From: Tricharina praecox
Taxonomy: Eukaryota
Reading direction: 5' to 3'
DNA length: 64,000 nucleotides
NCBI RefSeq assembly: GCF_024521635.1
Contig: NW_026250430.1
Location: 62,001 to 126,000 of the forward strand
In this document: one piece after another, positions 35,399-46,451 of the stretch
Layout: each line of letters opens with the position of its first letter
How positions within the stretch are numbered: the stretch's first letter is position 1
Translations under genes and position numbers: made by a program
The notes under the pieces: generated by a model
Databases searched by the model: none
Told to the model about the DNA's origin: nothing
Seen by the model: only the letters and a program-made list of their open reading frames with translations

Positions 35399-38000
35399 CT
35401 ATACTCTCTCGAAGCTGTCTATCCATATTCTCCACCGCCGGAAGCCACCACCTTTAAACCCAACCCACGATGTTCTTCGTCTGTATGTACGGTTTCTACA
35501 GCCCAACTCCTACCCGATAGCAACCGCAAACAAGGCACCCTGACCGTCGATTGCAAATTTCTCCCGACCTCCAGGTTCGACGAAGTACTTCCAGAACCTC
35601 CAAGACGTCCGTCCGTCCATTCCTTTCCGTTCTTTCCCCAGACCTCAATGCCAGTCCCGTGTAGTAGGTAATGCGGATGTAAGAATCTACAATCATTCAA
35701 AGCTGCTGGCGATGACATGATTCATGGCCGGCGGGTCGGCGGGTCGCTACTGATTTGGTGGGTTTGGGATATTTGGAAGAGAAACGTGGTGCGCTGGGGT
35801 GCGGTCTATGTTTTGGGACTATTGACAATGCAGGTACTCTAGGATCGGGTGTGATGACTTATTCGACAGTTGGGCAGCGGACGCCGGTACCATGTCATCG
35901 GGTGCTGCCCGAGCTCCGACTTTCTGTGTGTCAAAAAAATTTCAATTTTTTCGACGATACAGCTCTCGTCTTCACTGTTAACTCTTCAAGCTTCACTGCT
36001 TCCCTCTCTCACTCGTCTCTTCCTTTCTTTATTTCGAAACGCCACCGCTACTGTAGAATCAACGTTGCTGTTAACGGTGCGTTGCGCGCAATGCGCATCC
36101 TCACGATTGCCGAAGCGACAACGGTAGCACCAACGCCGACGCACTAGGTACGTTATCTCCGCCTCTCGGACATGTTGGCCAACCCACCCAACCCACCCAA
36201 CCAATCGCTACACACTCGCTACAGCCCCGCTGACATACGTCTTACACGTACTAGCAGCTGTTCGGTATGGAGCGGGAGCGGCTAGTTTGGAACGTCTTGG
36301 TAACGGTTGTTAATAATGACATGGTGCGAGTGATGTCCGGTGGGCCTGACTGGATTCGTGGGCTGCCGACTCCCACAGATTAGAGTACACCGGAGGCTTG
36401 GGAATTACTTATTACTCTACATAGATGATGCCGGATTAGTTCGCTAATCGTCGTCCCTACACACACACACCATGTCATAGATCCCGGGCGAGGATTCCGG
36501 GCTTGATCTGCGTCTAGATAGGCCTGGAATTGCACCCTCCAAGGCTGACTGTCGGAGTTCGCAGTGCGCACTCTCCGCCGCGGCCAAGACGGGTCATCAC
36601 GATTCACGATTCACGATGAGTGCAAGCGGATGCTTATCTTGCTACAAGGCGCACAGTCCTACCGGTCAAGTCCGAGCTCAAACTCTGGCGTGACTCCGGG
36701 GCAGGAGGTGCTCTTAAGGCTTGTTGGTATGTTTACGTTGCTTGCAGCGCCAACCCTCCCTCCCCCCTCCCACCAATTTGATGAAGTGGATCACCGTCCA
36801 GCTCATGTTACGTCCCCAACTGAGCCAATTCATTCCACAGCAGTCTCTCAACCTCTATCCCGCTTGTCCCTGCGAATTAATCCAGGCCTATGGCTTTTAC
36901 GCCCCGAACGCAGACGGCTGCACTAGGTATCACAGTACCACAGGCTGGGAATAGAGGAGTGGCTAGGGTTAGGAGTCCGGCGAAGATGCAGCTGTTAGGA
37001 AGACCGCGGTGCAATTTGTTCCGACGATGACAGGCAATTAGAGATGTGCCGGGAAGCTTAATAGAGTTTTGCGAGCAGGTCACGGGGAAAGAAGAACAGT
37101 GGTATGTAGAGGTTCGATTCGAATTCGATGATATACGGTAGATAGCCAGAGCCGTGAGCACTCGCATTCCACCAGCAGACTCCAACCGCCGCCCCCCCTC
37201 TCATCCCAACCCAAACTCCCAAGCTGAAAACTCAAAATAAAAATGTAGAACGCAAGGAGCCATCCCAGCCTCTCTTCCGAACCAGTTTCCTGATCCCGGA
37301 ATAGCAGCATACAAATCCGCTGGCGCTGACATGGACTATGAAGGTGCCTTTTATAGGTAATTGTTCTTGCGAAGTAGAGACGACCAAAAACAATGATCGC
37401 CGCACCACAGCCCCATCCTCCCTCGCTGCAAGACGCAGTGGTGAAGGAGGACGTTTTCGCAAACCCCGGAGGTCTCGTGAGAGCGGGGGTGGCTGTGGAG
37501 TCTGCTCGCGGATAGATACGTGGACGGAAACGAGAAGGTGAAGGGAGAATTGTAATTCTATTGTAGTGGTGTTAGATACAGTGGTTGAAGGATAAACACA
37601 ATGAAGGAAATTGAAGGCGTGAGCAGGCGCTGAGGGCGTGAGTGGAAAGGCCCGAGGTCGAAGAGTGGATGCCAGAGTGAAGTGAGTGTGAAAGTTTCTT
37701 AAAGCCGATATAGACTCGCCAAGACATCGTTGGCGCGGGTTTTGGCCGATTGTCTGAGGAGTGCGAATACAATATGAATGAACGGGAGTACATCTCGAGT
37801 GATTAGGTTTATTGAGTTCTATTTAATATCTCCACACATCTCAGAGTGATTCTCATGTATCCATTGTTCGATCAGAGGTTGGCTGGTTACCTGGCGACCC
37901 GAACCGAACGGAGAACTGGCACCAAGAAGAGCCGCCTCCAACCTCGTCTCGTCCGCTGTCTCGACACGCACAACCATCCAAACCAACCACCACTACCATC

Positions 38001-39696
38001 ATGACTAAAAAGAAGAAGCGACAGAACCCCGAAATCGACGAGCTGCTGGCGCGTCCATGGTGCTACTACTGCGAGCGCGACTTCGACGACCTGAAGATTC
38101 TAATCCACCATCAAAAGGCGAAGCACTTCAAGTGTGAACGATGCGCGAGGAGGTTAAATACCGCCGGCGGTAAGTCAATCGTGTTGGATCTGTTGGATTG
38201 GTGCTGATGATGGACAGGTCTGCGCGTGCACATGGAACAGGTTCACAAGGAGACGCTCGAGCAGGTCGAGAATGCGCTGCCCGGTCGCGAATCGATCGAC
38301 TTGGAGATCTTCGGCACCGAGGGTATTCCCGAGTCCGAGGTCGCTGCGCACAACCAACGCATCATGGCCGACTACGCACAGAAGGAGGCCGATCGGAGGG
38401 CGGCTTCGGGACAATCCAACGGGCCAAAGAAACCAAAGATCGATATCTCGAAGGAACTCGATCCGGAAGAAATCAAGCGGAAACTCGAGGCGCATAAGAA
38501 GGCGATGGCCTCAGGGGGTGCAACGCCTGTTACGCCGGTTGGTGCCAGTATGAGTCCTGGTAGAAGTCAGAGTCCTGGGGGATTTGACGCTCATGCTTCT
38601 CCACAGGTGGCGCCGCCGCAAATTGCTTATGTCAGTAGTATATTCTCCCGTGGCCAGGTTTGGACAATTCTGACTTCATTTTGTAGCCGCAGGTTACCAG
38701 TCCTCCGTTCCAGCAGGGCCAGTTCGGGATGCCGCAGCCTAATGCGTTTCAACCACCGCCGAACGCGTTCCAGCAGCCCCCGAATGCATTCCAGCCTCCG
38801 CAAGCGAACGCGTTCCAGCCCCAGCCATACGGTCAGCAGCCTCCCCCCAATGCCTACTCCGCCCCTCCATACGCACAGCCTTACCAGCAGCAACCGCAAC
38901 AGCCTCCCGCTCCATTTGGCCGTGGTGGCCCTCAGCCGCCGTACAATGGTTATCAGCAACCGTCTGCTGCCTATGGTGCGCCGCCGTTCAATAACCCTCC
39001 TCACAACCAGTTCCAGCAAGGACCTCCTCCTCACATGCAGCAGCGTCACCAACCACCACCGTCACTCCCGCTACCACACCAGATCCCTGGATTGCCGCCA
39101 AAACCAAACGTTGCGGGGCTGCCACCACGACCTGCGTTCACGAACCCTGCCGGTGGCTTCGGTCGAGGCCATGCATCCGGGCCACCACCTGGACAATGGA
39201 GTCCGCCTGTCCCGCAGCAGCAGCAGCACCATGACTTCAGTCAACAAGGGGCACCTCCGTATGCCCAGAGTCAGCCTCAGCAGTTTAGCGCTGGTTACAG
39301 TCATTCCCACCAACAACCACCACACCAGCCCTACGGCGGATTTTCGTCCAGACCTGGCCCGGCCAATGCTACACCGTTAGGACCACAGCACGTATTGCCG
39401 CCAAGAACGGAAGTTCAACCAGTCTCTGACGCGGCATCCGGTATCCCAATACAGCCTACACCCGAAACGCCTGCCGAGAAGAAGGAAGATGTACCAGTCG
39501 TTAAGCCTAAACGTGAAACGAAGCTGGTTTACGGTGATAACGACGTTAGCCCGGTAAGCCCCTCCCGTGATTTCCACAAATATCCTTCCAGTTCCTAATT
39601 TGCCTGCTTTGTGATCTACAGGAAGAGAAACGAGCGTCACTCGCCCGCTACCAAGTCGCACCGAGCGCCTCCGCCACGGTTACAACCTCGGCTTAA
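38001..39696 (+). CDS. BuGZ/ZNF207-like C2H2 zinc-finger protein with Pro/Gln-rich region and C-terminal GLEBS-like motif, 507 aa
   Basis: Exons 38001-38169, 38218-38630, 38687-39553 and 39622-39696 join in frame. [51 protein letters not shown]...[22 protein letters not shown] matches the ZNF207 N-terminus, and [20 protein letters not shown] matches its C-terminus. Confidence 0.9.
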
Positions 39697-41486
39697 TGTA
39701 CCGCCAGGTCGAATTTGAATTTGAGATGGTGGTTAGTGGAATCTGTCTGGAGCTGTGGTTTCTTTTTTTTTAGTTCTATTGGCTGGTGGTTTCGGTTCGT
39801 AGTGATATACCTACGGCGCCCCTACAGGTGAAGAAGAAGAAGAATAAACGCCTTGTGCTGTGCGGGCGGCACACGCTACGGAACAGAACACCAAATCAAA
39901 CCATCTGCCGATTCACGAACTGGAAAAATTTCTCAGTATGTGGGTTCTTCTTGCTTTCTTGATTGATTGGGGCCTTGCTTGCTTGTTTTTTCTTTTGTTC
40001 TCGCTCTCTCTCTCTCCTTGTGTTGTTTCTTAGTTCAATTCGAGATTGTTTGTTTGTCGCACGCACAAGTAATCGGGGTCTACTTCAGGTTTTTTTTATG
40101 GCTATGGCAGAATCATTCAATCCAATCAATCGGGACACACGTGCGAGATAATGTGAAATTTGTAAGTCGCTGTTTCTCCCTCTCGTGCGACGAGCTGTAC
40201 TCTACTGTACCTACTGGGCTCCTGCCTGGTAGTGGTGGTGGTGGCCGGCCTTCTCTAACATGGGCTGGCTGGCTTGGGGCTGCCCACGGTATTCGATCGC
40301 TGCAGCGACGAGCTACCTATGGATGGATGGCATGTTGGGCTACGGTGGACAGGTTGGGCTTTGTTTGGGCGAGATACTACATTGCGGCAGTGGGATTGGG
40401 GACGATGTAGTGTTATCTACTTGGATCATCAGCTCTACACTCTCTTAATCATTGTAATATTGTATGATACATACGGAGGTGTATGCATAATTCGTGTTCT
40501 CGAAGCAACAAAATCCGGTGAATACCATCATCCGCGTGTCGCGATGTCCCAGCAAACCTCTATTTATTGCGAGATAGTTTGCCAGACTATCCGTCCGTCC
40601 AAAACCGAGAGCTCCCGAAAATTCAGCGAGGCAGTCTTCTCCGTGATATAATCACCTCGAACGTGCGGAATATCACCATGTTTCAAAGTACCTATTTGGT
40701 CTCCAGATGCGGATGAAAAGAATGCACCTTCTTGCACACCACTCAGAAGGCGACGACTACTGTAGTTACGGTAGTATGAATCCTCAAGACCAAGGTGCAT
40801 CGAACATATAGTACGTGCTAGTACCAGTGACTTGAGCATGGAATGAGTCCAGCAGTTATACCTAGAACAGATGTACCTATGCTTTCATTGAATGGCGTTT
40901 AACCTTATCCTGAGCTTCCTCTCTATGATGCATCTGTGGCGAAGTGATATGCACAGGATGTCACTCTTTATATCATAGCGCATCGTACTACCGCCAATTA
41001 GAGACAGTGGCCTGCCTTCGAATACGGTGGGGATTCTTGATCTCCAAAGGAGTGTAGGCGTGTATACTGCATTCGAGCGATCAGCACCGACCAGACTCCG
41101 GAGGCCAGGAGATCTTCGGGGTGTTCATCGCTTCCTTTCTTGTCTGTGATGAATTTGATGTTCTGTACCGTCCGACCGGAGAGTTACAGCACAGCCAAAC
41201 GTGTGGCCGACGGCCGTACATACCGTAGAGTTGACGTGTCCACCCGGCGCCCTCCCTCCTCCCTCCCTCTCCCTTCAAAGATGTCACACGCCCAAGTGCT
41301 CTTCTGAGTCTTCTCTGGATCGGGTGCGTTAACCGATCCTACTCTACTGGCACCCTGGTCCGCTGGACCAGAGTAGAGTAGCTCCAGCCGTAGGGTTGGT
41401 TACGAAGCAAGTAAGCTCAGACTCTATCTGGGCGGCAACCTACCTTCTGTTCACAACAAACACTCTTTACAGATAACGCAACAGAC

Positions 41487-41540
41487 TCACACACACACAC
41501 ACACGCACACGCATACACACACACACGCATACACACACAC
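41487..41540. repeat. Interrupted (CA)n microsatellite just upstream of the phosphatase ATG
   Basis: CACACACACACACACACGCACACGCATACACAC... directly visible. Confidence 0.9.
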
Positions 41541-41555
41541 TCGCGAGGACGAGCG

Positions 41556-43450
41556 ATGGGAAGGATGTCCGAACCACTTCTTGCTTCGGGGCGTGCGAGC
41601 AGCGAACATAGCGATGATAGTCCTGAGGAGGGACTGCTGAGGAGGGGATGGAAGAAGCAGCACGGAAAGGCCGCCCGAAAGGGGGACTGGATTAGGATCG
41701 GCCTAGGGATGTGGGCTGGTTTGGCGACGCTGGGTGAGTCAGAGTCCGGATGCGATGGCGAAGTAGACGAAGCTCGTAGCTGACGAGGCGTGGTGTGAAC
41801 AGCGGTCATTGCAGTTGTCTACGCTTGCGTTCCCACCCACGGCGGCAACCGCGAGACCTCGTTCCCCCCGAAAGGAAAGCGGAATGTGGTGTTCATGGTG
41901 TCGGACGGCATGGGCCCGGTGTCTCTGACGATGACGCGGGCGTACCTCCAGCACGTCAAGCACCTCCCCTGGGGCGATCAGTTGATGCTCGACAAGAACC
42001 TGATCGGCACGTCGCGGACTCGGTCCACGTCCTCGCTTGTTACGGACTCTGCGGCGGGAGCTACAGCTTTCAGCTGCGGACAGAAGAGCTACAACGGCGC
42101 GATCTCGGTCATGCCGGATGGAAGCCCGTGCGGAACTGTTCTCGAGGCGGCGAAGTTGGCCGGTTACATGACGGGATTGGTGGTCACTACGAGACTTACC
42201 GACGCTACGCCCGCGTGCTTCTCGGCCCATGTCAACCTGCGCTCTGAGGAGGACCGAATTGCGGAGCAGCAGTTGGGTGACTACCCTCTCGGCCTGATGC
42301 TGGACCTTGCGTTGGGCGGCGGTCGCTGCCATTTCCTCCCCAACAGCACCGCTGGCTCTTGCCGCGCCGACGACCGCGACCTGGTCTCTTACGCGAAGGA
42401 AAAGCACGGCTTCCAGTACATCGATGACCGCGCAGGCTTTGACAGTCTCAAGAAGGGCAAGGCCGCTTCACTGCCTCTCCTCGGCCTCTTCGCGCCAACC
42501 GACATCCCCTTTGACCTCGACCGCAAGGACTCGGAGTATCCCAGTCTCGACGAGATGGCCGAGGCTGCGCTCAATGCCCTCGAAGCCGCGACCAAAGACA
42601 GCGAGCACGGCTTTTTCCTCATGGTAGAAGGCAGCCGCATCGACCACGCCGGCCACAGCAACGATCCCGCCGCGCAAGTCCGCGAGGTCCTCGCCTACGA
42701 CAAGACATTCGCGCGCGTGCTGAAATGGGTGGAATCGCACGACGCGATCCTAGTCTCGACCAGCGATCATGAGACCGGAGGCTTGGCCACCGCGCGCCAG
42801 GTCCACGAGACGTACCCAGACTACCTCTGGTACCCGGAGGTCCTTGCAAACGCCTCACACTCGTCGGAGTACCTTGCCGCACAGTACCGCGAGTATGACC
42901 CCTCCACAGCGGGAAAGAACGAGGACGAGTTCATCCGCACTACGCTGCTCAAGGAGGGCTCTGGAATCATCGATGCCACTGAGGACGAGATCGAGACGCT
43001 CAAGGCGCACAAACTCACCGCAGACTGGGTCTTCTCCGATATGATCTCCCGCCGCGCCCAGATCGGATGGAGCACCCACGGGCATTCCGGCGTCGATGTA
43101 TGCTTCCCCTTCTCCTTTCCTCCATCCATTGTCTGGTCTCGTTGACTAATATGTGACACCAATAGGTAAACATTTACGGCAGTAAGGGAACCGAGCGTCT
43201 GCACGGCAACCACGAGAACAACGAGATCGGCCAGTTCCTGGCGGACTACCTGGAGCTGGACCTCGTGAAGGTCACCAATATCCTGCGCGAGAAGGGAGTT
43301 GCCAAGACAGACGAGGGCGAGAAGGGCGAGAAGTACGCGTGGATGGGAAAGTCCCTAGAGGAGCTCAAGAAGAATGATACCGACGCCCTGCACTTTCATA
43401 CCGATCAGCTAGATCAGTACCATGGCGTGTTTAAGAGGTGTTTGCATTAA
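41556..43450 (+). CDS. PHO8: Vacuolar-type alkaline phosphatase (type II membrane anchor), 585 aa
   Basis: Exons 41556-41733, 41803-43097 and 43166-43450 join in frame. N-terminal TM segment, then KRNVVFMVSDGMGP, VTDSAAGATA (catalytic Ser), GFFLMVEGSRIDHAGHSND, TSDHETGG and WSTHGHSGVDVNIY. Confidence 0.95.
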
Positions 43451-44276
43451 ACTGTACTGGACTACATTGGACTAGACAGGACTGCTTGGTTTTGTTTTTG
43501 TTGTGAAGGGATGGGAGGGACGGGAGGTGTGAGCTGTGAGGGGTTATTCGGATCGGGTGCGTGCGTGCGTGTACTTTAGTTATATTTTGTGGATTTTCAT
43601 ATACCAGACTCGTTACACTGTTTCTGTCCCTGTTTCTCTTCTCTTCTCTTCTCTTGAGTGCACAGCTCATACTCGAAAGCCAGCCAACTGCATACACTGT
43701 GAAGAGCTGGGGACTGGATTGAACTGGACTCTTCGCGCCCACATCATACATTCGCCCACATCGCCCAGATCGCCAGTGCGATAGGATAGGATAAACACTG
43801 AGCCGCCATGTTCTACCTATGTACAATACAATCATTCCGTTTGTATGTTTGCATGTATTTGTATGCAAGGGCTCGGCTCGTCAACCTACAGACCTACAAA
43901 GCGCTAGGTACTCTACATACTTAGGTGGGTAGATTGACAGATCGGATCGGAGGGTCATTTCAGATCGAATCGGCGAGGCGGGAAGTGGGAGTTCGGCACA
44001 ATCGGCGATGGGATGCCTCCGCATCCTACATATGATACCCCTCATCGCGAATTCGCTCTACTACGCTCTACTCCACTGGAGGCTGGGGGCTGGGGGCGGG
44101 TGATAGCGAAGGCCACGCCGGGTAGACAGTCAGTTGCCCCGGATCCCCCCGAAGGAAGGGGGGAAGGAAGGAGCAGGCAGGATACGGACGGTACGGTACT
44201 TTCCTTATCATTCGATCGATGGTAGGTATTGTACATGTACGGTATGTATGTGTGTGTATGTATGTGTGTAGCTCGC

Positions 44277-45089
44277 TCACGCCCTCCGACTGCCAAACGC
44301 ATCGACCATCAGCGCCGCGGCCACATCCATGGGCGACCTTTCGGTAGCGAGGAGGTTGTACTGCGAGGCGGCATGTGTGGTATCCATCACGTCCATCCGC
44401 ATCCCCATCTCTGTGATCCTCGCCCGGTCCTTCTTCGAGAGCAGCAGTGTTCGCCGCCCGGTGCCGACGATTAATAACTCTGCCCATCCATCGTATGTAA
44501 GTCCGTGATGAGAGGGAGGAGATGAGATGGAGGAAGGAAGTGAGGGAGTGGGGATTTCCATACCAGGTTTAGGACTAACAACGTCGAGGGCGCCCCAGAC
44601 ATCCTCCGGGAGTTCCAGGACACCCGTGCGCAGTGCGGTGTCCTCCTCTATGCCGCCGCGCTCCGCCGGCCGCCACCGGAACACCTCACCCTGCAGCATC
44701 AGGGCGCCGGACCCATCAAAGAAGCGCACACCACTGCTGAAGATGAAGCCATCCTCGTAGATAGTTTCTATGGCGGAGCCGGGCGGCGGGATGTCCTCGT
44801 ACACGTTGAGCGACGAGAAGGTGTCGACGGGCGGGTCCTCGACGGAGCGGTCGGTCGTCGTCTCGCCGCGCGTGGACTCGGAGGTGATCGGCTCGTGCGC
44901 CACAGGTTGCTGCCGCTGGTATTGCTCGTGTTCGCGACGGAAGCCGGCGTGACGGTGGTGCTGTGGTCCGCAGGGGTGGAAGTTGCGCGATATTGCGGGG
45001 AGGGACGCGGGGATAAGGCGGGGTAGAAGCGAGCTGCGGGAAATGCGGGGGAGAAGTTGCACCCGCGTCAGGCGTGCGGATGGCCCCAT
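44277..45089 (-). CDS. Mth938-like / NDUFAF3 complex I assembly factor, ~242 aa
   Basis: Arg/Leu/Ser-rich mitochondrial presequence. PKPELLIVGTG forms after removing intron 44563..44480, followed by GMRMDVMDTTHAASQYNLLATER...VAAAL. Confidence 0.88.
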   Translation of the reverse strand: MGPSARLTRVQLLPRISRSSLLPRLIPASLPAISRNFHPCGPQHHRHAGFRREHEQYQRQQPVAHEPITSESTRGETTTDRSVEDPPVDTFSSLNVYEDIPPPGSAIETIYEDGFIFSSGVRFFDGSGALMLQGEVFRWRPAERGGIEEDTALRTGVLELPEDVWGALDVVSPKPGMEIPTPSLPSSISSPPSHHGLTYDGWAELLIVGTGRRTLLLSKKDRARITEMGMRMDVMDTTHAASQYNLLATERSPMDVAAALMVDAFGSRRA

Positions 45090-45493
45090 TGAGCGCTGCC
45101 GTGCCGTGTATGGACCCTGCGAGATATTTGCGCAAGCTGCAGACGCTTTTGTGAGCTGTTGGTGATGGGTGCTCTATGTGAAGGAGTCGAGTTGTGGGCA
45201 GGCGGGCAAATCGTGTCGCGATGTGTAGGTAGAGATGCTTGATGAGAAAGTAAATGGCAGACGTTGACTGGATGAATCGAATCTCGCTGTCGTTGCTGGT
45301 TGACTTTATGACGCAATGGAATGGAACGGGGCCTCCAAGTGGTTGTGTAGGCACTCCAGGTGCTCGTACTCTAGTGGTTGTTTTGGTGGTGGCTGAAGCG
45401 GCTTCAATCACAATTCTGTCACTAACAACAAAACACACAAACCCTATTGTCGTTGCGACGAGGCAACCATCGCCATTCCCATTATCCTCACCG

Positions 45494-45562
45494 TCCACCA
45501 CTACCACCACCACCCACCACCACCTCCACCACCACCACCACCACCACCACTACCACCACCAC
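45494..45562. repeat. (CAC)n trinucleotide repeat in the NDUFAF3/sestrin divergent intergenic region
   Basis: Interrupted CAC run directly visible. Confidence 0.85.
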
Positions 45563-46451
45563 ACTCACCATCCTCCCTCCCTTCCTCCCGCTCCTTTATG
45601 GTTGGCCGCACCGGCATCTCGACACAAGATCATCATCACCACCACCAAAAAGCAACGATATCCACACTGATTTTCCCTCTCGGCAATCTCCAACCGCTAA
45701 ACTAGAATTAACCCCATCGCCTGCTCGCGCGACTTTTCCGTCATACCAAGCAAAGCAAAGGAGCACTTGGCTCGTACATGCATATCTAGCATAGCCCATC
45801 ATACCAACGACTAGGACCCTACAAACTCCGTGCTTGTCATCCATCTCTCCGCTAAAGGCGTTCTCCCGCAGGCAGCGTTAATAGTACTACTCTCCTTTGC
45901 ACCTGCCCGCCTGATCGCTAGCGCCATAACCCCGTGGGAATCGCGCGAATCCTCCACTCTTGCTTCTGCTCTACATACATACCCTTACCTACTCTGCATA
46001 CGCCAGCTCTTTATCTATCTCTGTTCCGCGCATGCTATTAGTAGCTTGACGGCATCTTATCTTCCCTAGCAGCTGAGCTGTCTACATACCTCGTGAGAAG
46101 AAGAAGAAGAAGCTGTGGGGTATGCTTCCTCTACCTCTAAAAACCCAACCCACCGAACGAAACCTCTTCCCTTGATCGTATCAGCACCCAGTACCAGTAC
46201 CAGTAAACTGACATCCCAACTTCCTTAGCAGACCGCTCCGACTGAAGCTGCAGCACCTAGTCGTAACGCTACATACAAACCTGCCTTCTCCGATAACGCC
46301 AATCAGTCAATCAACCCAGCCAGTCAGCCAGTCAGCCACCCACATCCCACACCCCATTCATCATCACCACGTTAAGCTATTACACTGCGCTGCACTTGCG
46401 TTTCTCCGGACTGAATAGAGGACTCATCAGTCAGTCAGTCAGACGGTCGAT

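Noticed and set aside
37111..37130. GGTTCGATTC T-loop-like motif suggesting a tRNA
   Set aside because: No flanking T-stem, acceptor stem or A-box.
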